A stretch of DNA of 13,965 nt from Candidatus Hydrogenedentota bacterium. Its GTDB lineage: Bacteria; Hydrogenedentota; Hydrogenedentia; Hydrogenedentales; GCA-2746185. Shown here one piece after another: positions 7,273 through 13,965 of this stretch; the first letter of the stretch is position 1; every line of letters starts with the position of its first letter. The stretch covers positions 1 to 13,965 of the forward strand of contig JAYGCN010000274.1 of assembly GCA_046583315.1 (NCBI GenBank). The letters are read 5' to 3'. The position numbers were made by a program, and so were the translations under genes. Under the pieces are notes generated by a model. It saw nothing but the letters and a program-made list of their open reading frames with translations, had not been told where the DNA came from and did no database searches.

Positions 7273-7986
7273 ATGTCTGAAAAGCCTGTTGACACGTCCG
7301 AGCCGAACAAACCCTTAGCGAAATCTGGCCTGTGGCACTATGCGATCCGTATCCTGCGTCATCCCCGCACGACAATGCGCAGGTTAATCGCTGAGCATCC
7401 CCGAAGCGGGGTGGTGGTGTTGCCTATATTGGCAGGGGTGTTTACGGCACCGGCTGGTGCGATGATGGCGATGTCGGTTGTTGAGGGCCGACAAGCGATG
7501 ATTTGGGTAGGCGTGCTTGCGTTATCGATCGTCGGCTATTGGATGTATGTATATATGTATGGCGGCGCGTACCGGATGATCGGAGGCTGGTTGGGGGCAG
7601 GCGGGGATAATTCGGCATCGCGACTGGCGTTGGCGTGGACACAGGTGCCGTATTTAATCGTGTGGACGATCACGGTTCCATGGCAGTTGTTTTATCGCGA
7701 CGAATATTTTCCGAAGGTGGAATTGGGATCGATTGAAGCGTTGCAGGAACTCGCCGCGATTGAGCACAGCACGGGGTATTATGCGATTAATGCATTCACC
7801 TACATCGGATGTTTGGCGGCGTATATCTGGTCGCTGTTCTTACTGGCCGAGGCTTTGCAATGTTCGGCGTGGAAAGCCTTCGGAGTAAAAATGATCGCGG
7901 TGCTGCTGCATATTCCGATTTTCATGGCGGTGGCTATCCCGGCCGTAATTCTTGCGGCGGCCTTTGCCGTGATGACAACGATGTAG
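7273..7986 (+). CDS. Yip1-family membrane protein (second, tandem paralog)
   Basis: IRILRHPRTTMR, IGGWLGAGG....SRLALAW and LAEALQCSAWKAFG, the same motif order as the upstream gene. Confidence 0.82.
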   Translation: MSEKPVDTSEPNKPLAKSGLWHYAIRILRHPRTTMRRLIAEHPRSGVVVLPILAGVFTAPAGAMMAMSVVEGRQAMIWVGVLALSIVGYWMYVYMYGGAYRMIGGWLGAGGDNSASRLALAWTQVPYLIVWTITVPWQLFYRDEYFPKVELGSIEALQELAAIEHSTGYYAINAFTYIGCLAAYIWSLFLLAEALQCSAWKAFGVKMIAVLLHIPIFMAVAIPAVILAAAFAVMTTM

Positions 7987-7990
7987 CAGT

Positions 7991-8887
7991 TTATTTGAGC
8001 CTTTCGAGCAGCGGCCCTGCGAATTCAAAGAGGATGCCGTCGGGTCCGTCGACGAACATGATGGTGGCGAACTTTCCGAGCGCGAAGGGTTCGGTGTGAA
8101 TCTTGCCGCCGCGTTTGAGGACTGTTGCGCGGACGGCGTCTACGTCGGGCACAAGGAATTGCACGAGGTTCATGCCGACTTTTTCGAAGGGTGGTCCGAC
8201 CCAGGCGGGCAACTCTTCTTTGGCTTCCCAGAATTTAAGGCCGGAGTAGCCCATGGCGTAGTAGTCGATGATGGTGCCGGAGTCGGTGGTGATTTGGCGA
8301 ATTTTTTCGAGACTGAGAATGTCGGACAGAAAGGCGTTCATCTCGGCTTGATCGGAAACGGTCATTCCGATCTGCATGCCTTTGAGTTTGTCCTCGGGTG
8401 TGGTGTCATCAAAGAAGACGAGTTCGACTTGGTTGCCGTCGTGATCGTAGACCATGCCGTATTCGTAGGTGGGACCCGCGGTGAAGGTGGGTGTGTCGTG
8501 GCCTTTGGCTTTGAGGCGTTTGATGATGCCCGCTTTTTCGGTGTCGGGCAGGAACAGGGCCATGAGTCGAATGCCGCGCGCGTTTTGGGTGCCGCCTCTG
8601 AATTTGGGAAGCTCTACCGTGTTGACGATGAATTTTATTTCGGATTCGCCACCAAGATACCGAATCATGTAACGGCCTTCGGGGAACTTGAGGTCGGAGA
8701 TGCGTTTGAGGCCCAGAATTTTGCCGTAGAACTCGTTGGTCTTGTCGGCATCGCTGACGGCGAACACGAGGTTGAGATGGCTGGTGGTCATACCGAAGGG
8801 AAGGTCGTCCACGTCGGCATAGGCTAATGAGCCTAGAGTCATGGTCAGTGCAACGCATGTGGTGGTCAAGTATCTGAGTGTTTTCAT
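7991..8887 (-). CDS. VOC (glyoxalase/bleomycin-resistance fold) protein, two domains, with signal peptide
   Basis: VFAVSD....EFYGKILGL...YDHDGNQVELV, and IGMTVSD.....FLSDILSL...VPDVDAV......GG....P.......FVDGPDGILFEF. Signal-like MKTLRYLTTTCVALTMTLGSLAYA. ATG 8887 has GGAGG 8 nt upstream, so it is preferred over the track start 8902. Confidence 0.85.
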   Translation of the reverse strand: MKTLRYLTTTCVALTMTLGSLAYADVDDLPFGMTTSHLNLVFAVSDADKTNEFYGKILGLKRISDLKFPEGRYMIRYLGGESEIKFIVNTVELPKFRGGTQNARGIRLMALFLPDTEKAGIIKRLKAKGHDTPTFTAGPTYEYGMVYDHDGNQVELVFFDDTTPEDKLKGMQIGMTVSDQAEMNAFLSDILSLEKIRQITTDSGTIIDYYAMGYSGLKFWEAKEELPAWVGPPFEKVGMNLVQFLVPDVDAVRATVLKRGGKIHTEPFALGKFATIMFVDGPDGILFEFAGPLLERLK

Positions 8888-8948
8888 CGGTCGCGCCTCC
8901 AAATTAGATGTGAACGACCATCATACGACTCAAAGAAACCAAACACAA

Positions 8949-8980
8949 CTTACCTTTCTTTTTGAAAAAGGAAAGGTAAG
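8949..8980. repeat. Long AT-rich palindrome (REP-like element or terminator)
   Basis: CTTACCTTTCTTTTT-GA-AAAAGGAAAGGTAAG, with 14 of 15 positions complementary. It lies between the phyH stop and the VOC start. Confidence 0.7.
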
Positions 8981-9022
8981 ACCAAAGAAAACCGGCGGAT
9001 ACTTTGTATCCTGGATTTGGGA

Positions 9023-9877
<855 letters not shown>

Positions 9878-10008
9878 TGCATACTTCTCCTTAGATGTTG
9901 CGAACTTCAGGCTTCATTTATCGCTTATCACCCAGTGTTGAGTCAATTAAAATCTCTGAGGATGGTGTATAGTGGTTCAGGCGCATTCAGCTTGAAGGGG
10001 TAACTATC

Positions 10009-10419
10009 ATGGTTGAGAATGAATCGAAGAATAAGAATATTGGGTATTGGGTGGCGACGGGGTTGATGTGTTTGGTGATGGCGGGGGGGGGCGCGCTGGA
10101 TTTGTTGCGGGTGGAGCAGATGGTGGTGACGATGGAGAATTTGGGATATCCGTTGTATTTGTTGACGTTGTTGGGGATGTTGAAGTGGATGGGCGTGTTG
10201 GTGATTGTTGCGCCGAGGTTTGGGCGGTTGAAGGAATGGGCGTATGCGGGGTTTACCTTTGATTTGACCGGCGCGACATTTTCGCATATGTCGGTGAAGG
10301 ATCCGTTCTTCGATACGATTACGCCGCTCATTGTGTTGACGATTGTGTTGACGTCGTGGTATTTGCGTCCGGATTCACGAAAGTTGGAATCGGCCATCCC
10401 GGTGGTTGACGCGGAATGA
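10009..10419 (+). CDS. DoxX-like family membrane protein
   Basis: YWVATGL, LGYPLYLLTLLG..K..G, P....LKEWAYAGFTFDLTGATFSH are hallmark DoxX_2 motifs. Four TM helices. Confidence 0.9.
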   Translation: MVENESKNKNIGYWVATGLMCLVMAGGGALDLLRVEQMVVTMENLGYPLYLLTLLGMLKWMGVLVIVAPRFGRLKEWAYAGFTFDLTGATFSHMSVKDPFFDTITPLIVLTIVLTSWYLRPDSRKLESAIPVVDAE

Positions 10420-11567
10420 GTCGAATTGGATTGACGTTGGTCGCGATATTTATGTCGTTTGACGCGTCGGCTGAGTGGAAGGATGTTTTGTGGGCGCGTC
10501 ACACGATTGATGCGTCGTCGCAGGGTGCGGATGGGGCGCGGCTGGCGGACATCAATGGGGACGGGCTGATGGATGTGGTGACGCCTTGGGAAGAGGGCGG
10601 CGCGATTCGGATCGCGTTTCATCCGGGGGTGGACAAGGTGACGGAACCCTGGCCATCGGTGGAGGTGGGGCGTGTGGGTAAGCCGGAGGATGCCTTCGCG
10701 ATGGATGTGGATGGCGACGGACGTCTGGATGTGGTGAGTTCGTGTGAGGGGAATACGCGCGCGATGTATGTGCATTGGGCACCGGATGACCCGACAGATG
10801 CGGGGGGTTGGGTGACGGAAAATATCCCGGCGTCGAAGGGTTTACAACGGTTCATGTTCAGTGTGGCGGTGGATGTGAATGGGGATGGACGGGAAGACAT
10901 TGTGTCGGGTGGCAAAAATGAAGGCGCTCAACTGGGGTGGTTCGAGGCGCCCGAAAATCCCCGGAAGCTTGAGGATTGGACATGGCACAAAATGGTCGAT
11001 GTTGGATGGGTTATGTCGATACGGGTATTCGAAAGGAAGGATGAAACTCCATCCATTTTGATTTCTGATCGCAAAGGGGCTAGACGAGGTGTTTTTTTTG
11101 TATATCCTACTGACGATATTCTTGATACCTGGGAACGTAGATTGAGTGCTGGGGTGGATCGAGAAGTGATGTTTCTTGATTGGGTTGGGGATACGATTGC
11201 GTGGGCGACGCGTGATGGGGGCGTGACGGTATTTTCGAAAGACGGGTTGGAGGAAATCCCCATGCCTGAAGGCGCGGGCACGGGCAAGGCGGTGGCGATT
11301 GGCGACCTGGATGGCGATGGGGATGAGGATCTAGTTGTGGATTGCGAGGCGAGTGACGCGAAATTTGGGTTGTTCGGTTTTGAGTGGGACGAGAATTCCG
11401 AGGAGTGGAAATTTCATGATATTGCGGGACCAACAGGCACGAAATTCGACCGGATCGAGCTGATTGATTTGGATGGTGACGGTGATTTGGATGTGTTGAC
11501 TTGTGAAGAGAAGGAGAATCTGGGTGTGATTTGGTATGAGAATCCGACGACTTCGGCGAAATCATAA
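10416..11567 (+). CDS. Secreted FG-GAP/VCBS-repeat protein
   Basis: Signal-like N-terminus. Five Dx[DN]xDG motifs (DINGDG, DVDGDG, DVNGDG, DLDGDG twice) and a C-terminal WYENP. ATGA overlap with the DoxX gene. Confidence 0.88.
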   Translation: MSRIGLTLVAIFMSFDASAEWKDVLWARHTIDASSQGADGARLADINGDGLMDVVTPWEEGGAIRIAFHPGVDKVTEPWPSVEVGRVGKPEDAFAMDVDGDGRLDVVSSCEGNTRAMYVHWAPDDPTDAGGWVTENIPASKGLQRFMFSVAVDVNGDGREDIVSGGKNEGAQLGWFEAPENPRKLEDWTWHKMVDVGWVMSIRVFERKDETPSILISDRKGARRGVFFVYPTDDILDTWERRLSAGVDREVMFLDWVGDTIAWATRDGGVTVFSKDGLEEIPMPEGAGTGKAVAIGDLDGDGDEDLVVDCEASDAKFGLFGFEWDENSEEWKFHDIAGPTGTKFDRIELIDLDGDGDLDVLTCEEKENLGVIWYENPTTSAKS

Positions 11568-11645
11568 TTGACGGCGAATAAACTTTCGTAACCCGGCGTT
11601 TCTGATTGTATGAACCCGATTCGAACGAAACTGCGAGGGATAATC

Positions 11646-12122
11646 ATGAAATTTCCTCGAATATCACGCCGAACGGTATTATTGACACTGGTGCTGGTCG
11701 CCGTTATTGCTGCCGAGCCGTTTCTCGTCAACACGATCCTCTCCGAACAAGCGGTGCAATTTGCGCAGGGGTCTTCCTCCAAGGTACCCGACGTGGCGAT
11801 GAACCAACGATTCGCGGACGTCGAGTTTGTCGCGACCACGATCGATCGGCGGCCCATCTATTCGCATGACGGCAAGATCTATGTGTGGGCCAAGGGCAAA
11901 CGAAATACGATGGATACGATTTGGTTCGACATGACGGATTCGCTGCTGAACCCTGAAGAACTGAAACACGGGATCGGAAAAGATGTGATCGCCTCTATCG
12001 ACGAACCGGTGTTCTTAAAGCCCGACGACTCCGCGTTGGATACCTGGGTGCATCCGCGTCGAAGCCAACTCGGACCCGTCCCGGTAAATGACGAAACACC
12101 CGTGATTGGCGTAGAAATCGAC
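11646..12122 (+). pseudogene. DUF3179-like exported protein, C-terminally truncated; the frame stays open to 12512, antisense to the neighbour
   Basis: ATG 11646 with GAGGGA SD and a signal-like MKFPRISRRTVLLTLVLVAVIAA. GIGKDVIASIDEPVF...DETPVIGVEID resembles the DUF3179 start ('D.I..ID.P.F...D.E.VIGV...GEARAYP'). The expected ARAYP...HEIVND continuation is absent, and only 50 bp remain before the convergent gene. Confidence 0.65.
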
Positions 12123-12172
12123 GCAGGTGCGGAAAACCGCAGATTATTCAGGACATTTCGTGTGACGGGCAT

Positions 12173-13561
12173 TCAGTGGGACAGGCGGAGAGTGCCTTCG
12201 GGACGGGGCGGGAGTTTATCGATTTTGCCGAGATTGAAGCCGGCGTCGGTGATTTCGCGTTCGAGGTCTTCGCGGAAGTCGGGGTGGGCAAGTTGGATGA
12301 GGCATTTGGCGCGTTCTTCGAGGGGCATGAATTTTATCTGGGCCGCGCCGTATTCGGTGACAACCCATTCGGTGACGTGTTCGGGCGTGGTGATGCGTGT
12401 GCCGAGGGGGAATTGGGCAACGATGTTGGAGATGACGGTACCGTCGCTGCGGGTGGTCGTGGAGGGCAGACACACGATGCTTTTTCCGCCGGGGGACATC
12501 TGTGATCCGTAGGCAAACTCGAATGCACCGCCAAGTCCGCTGTAGGTGCGCGAGCCGATGCAGTGGGCCATGGTCTGGCCGGTCATATCGACGCCGAGGA
12601 TGCTGTTGATGCTGGTGAGTTTGTTGATGCGGGGATGCACGTCGGGTCGGTTTACTTCTTCAACGGGAATCAGCGCGACCTCGGGGTTGTCGGCGATCCA
12701 GTTGTGCAGGCGTTCGGTGCCGAGCGCGAAAGTGCCGATGGACTTTCCGTCGTAGAGGCCTTTGTGGGTGTTAGTGGCGGCTCCGGCTTCGATCAAGTCG
12801 ATGTGCGCTTCGCACAGCATCTCTGTGTGAATACCCAGTTCCTGGTGATGCTTCAGGCATGCGCCGATCGCCATAGGCAGCGTACCGAATCCGAGCTGCA
12901 CCGTTGCACGGTCAGGTACTAGCTCGGCGACGATATCGGCAATGCGCAATTCGGTTTCATTGGCTGGGGGTACGGGATAACTCATGAGGTCGGCATCGTC
13001 TTCGACAATGATGTCGACGAGGTCAATGAGGTGCTCGTTGTTGCCATGTTCGGGTAGGCCGTATACGTAGGGCAGTTTCGCGTTGACTTCGAAGACGATT
13101 TTCGTTTCGGGTCGATTCTTTTTGAGCCAGGGCACGATGCGGTAGTCCGCGCTGCAGGTCATGGAGAAGTTGAATTGTCCGGCGTCGTTCATGGCCCCCA
13201 CGCGTACGATGAAGTAGTCAGCAGATCGACCGTGTTCCGCGTTGCGCAGTCCGTCGCAGTAGTTTCCCGGGGTATAGTAGATGTTTTCGTTGAGTGCCCG
13301 GGCTGAGCGTTCTTGTGCACCGTGGAAGCCGATGCTGACGGTGATGTCGGGGTTGTGCATGTAAGTGGAGGGGCAGGTAGCGATGGCACAGGAGATGTTT
13401 AGACCATTCGCGTCATCCCCGAGATCGTTGATGGCGTTGATCATGCCGTAGGGTTCGCCGTACCACACGCCGAGGCTGATGGTTTCGCCGGACTGAAATT
13501 GTTGGGCGAGGGCCTCGCAGGTCATGCGATTCTGTTGGTACTGTTGTTGGGCAACGGACAT
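12173..13561 (-). CDS. Acetyl-CoA hydrolase/transferase family protein (4-hydroxybutyrate CoA-transferase-like)
   Basis: VFEVN...P, ATVQLGFGTLP, LGIHTEML (catalytic Glu position), GTFALGT, SINSILGVDMTGQ, SGLGG..EF..GSQMSPGGKSIVCLPST, VVTEYGAA, ERAKCLIQLAHPDFREDL. Confidence 0.92.
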   Translation of the reverse strand: MSVAQQQYQQNRMTCEALAQQFQSGETISLGVWYGEPYGMINAINDLGDDANGLNISCAIATCPSTYMHNPDITVSIGFHGAQERSARALNENIYYTPGNYCDGLRNAEHGRSADYFIVRVGAMNDAGQFNFSMTCSADYRIVPWLKKNRPETKIVFEVNAKLPYVYGLPEHGNNEHLIDLVDIIVEDDADLMSYPVPPANETELRIADIVAELVPDRATVQLGFGTLPMAIGACLKHHQELGIHTEMLCEAHIDLIEAGAATNTHKGLYDGKSIGTFALGTERLHNWIADNPEVALIPVEEVNRPDVHPRINKLTSINSILGVDMTGQTMAHCIGSRTYSGLGGAFEFAYGSQMSPGGKSIVCLPSTTTRSDGTVISNIVAQFPLGTRITTPEHVTEWVVTEYGAAQIKFMPLEERAKCLIQLAHPDFREDLEREITDAGFNLGKIDKLPPRPEGTLRLSH

Positions 13562-13601
13562 CGGTGATTCGCGCTCCTGAATAGTATTAAAATAGGAGAT
13601 C

Positions 13602-13630
13602 AGTGTAGCGAAGTTTCGGGCACGCTACAA
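13602..13630 (-). promoter_or_regulatory. Putative promoter (TTGTAG-N17-TACACT) overlapped by inverted repeat TGTAGCG-N12-CGCTACA
   Basis: Perfect 7-bp inverted repeat at 13604-13610 and 13623-13629, in the divergent intergenic region. Its arms overlap the putative -10 and -35 hexamers on the minus strand. Confidence 0.45.
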
Positions 13631-13704
13631 GGGTGTTGGATAGATTGGGGCGAATGCATTAGGATGATAGGGAATATTTGAAGAATTTGCCCAAGGAAAA
13701 CCCC

Positions 13705-13965
13705 ATGAAAGCCACTTTTGTTCTACTCCTCACGTTGACCCTCTCCCCCATGTTGTTTGCTACTCCACTGGAGGCAGGAACGGCTGTCTTGAATATCACT
13801 CCGGATGTGAAGAATCATCCGACACCGCTTGGGGGTTATGGTGAACGAGAAAATGCGCCGGCTGTGGGTGTGCACGACAATACGATGGCCAAGGCGTTGA
13901 TTTTGAAGCAGGGCGACAAGAAATTTGCGCTGGTTACGCTGGATCTGTTGGGCGTGCCGCGCTCG
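13705..13965 (+). CDS. Neutral/alkaline ceramidase-like N-terminal domain protein, exported (partial, runs off window end)
   Basis: Not in the ORF track; translated by hand: MKATFVLLLTLTLSPMLFATPLEAGTAVLNITPDVKNHPTPLGGYGERENAPAVGVHDNTMAKALILKQGDKKFALVTLDLLGVPRS. The 'AG.A...ITP.....L.GY..R.....GVHD...A.AL.L.......V..DL' pattern fits. SD AAGGA. Confidence 0.85.
   Translation, partial: MKATFVLLLTLTLSPMLFATPLEAGTAVLNITPDVKNHPTPLGGYGERENAPAVGVHDNTMAKALILKQGDKKFALVTLDLLGVPRS

Noticed and set aside
8096..8827. 243-aa plus-strand ORF
   Set aside because: Wholly antisense to the VOC gene, with V/G/D-rich shadow composition.
9938..9946. TTGAGTCAA mini-palindrome in the phyH/doxX divergent region
   Set aside because: Only 4-bp arms and no convincing -10 at proper spacing, so not distinguishable from chance.
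9987..10775. 262-aa minus-strand ORF and neighbouring His/Pro-rich ORFs
   Set aside because: Products of the G+T skew of the DoxX and FG-GAP genes on the other strand.
10546..11495. Recurrent GATGGCGA/GGGGATGG-type DNA repeats as a CRISPR or tandem array
   Set aside because: Irregularly spaced and degenerate; explained by codons for the DxDGDG motifs.
11646..12172. Selenocysteine or frameshift rescue of the DUF3179-like gene
   Set aside because: No in-frame TGA at the break. The other two frames after 12122 show no family-like continuation, and only 50 bp are available.

Overview
Bacterial, gene-dense, moderately GC-rich window. It holds mostly accessory metabolic, redox and envelope genes. 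I saw no rRNA, tRNA, CRISPR array, transposase or integrase. Left to right: partial membrane protein plus PadR regulator (-), with a sigma70-like promoter and a palindromic operator; an N-terminally truncated FMN glutamate-synthase-like gene, an unannotated pirin C-terminal remnant and an intact two-motif CDGSH Fe-S protein (+); MBL-fold hydrolase, secreted beta-propeller, DUF3465 and Mn-type superoxide dismutase (-); Rieske ferredoxin and two tandem Yip1-family membrane proteins (+); secreted double-VOC protein and PhyH dioxygenase (-); DoxX-like and FG-GAP/VCBS proteins (+); a DUF3179-like gene that is broken off and runs antisense into an acetyl-CoA hydrolase/transferase (-); and a partial ceramidase-like gene (+). 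I cannot support a clearly novel complete system. The best leads are the decayed GltS-like/pirin/CDGSH redox module with an 8-bp flanking direct repeat, three gene fragments within 14 kb, the PadR operator, a REP-like palindrome and the Rieske-Yip1-Yip1 unit. All family calls come from motif recognition by eye, not database searches.
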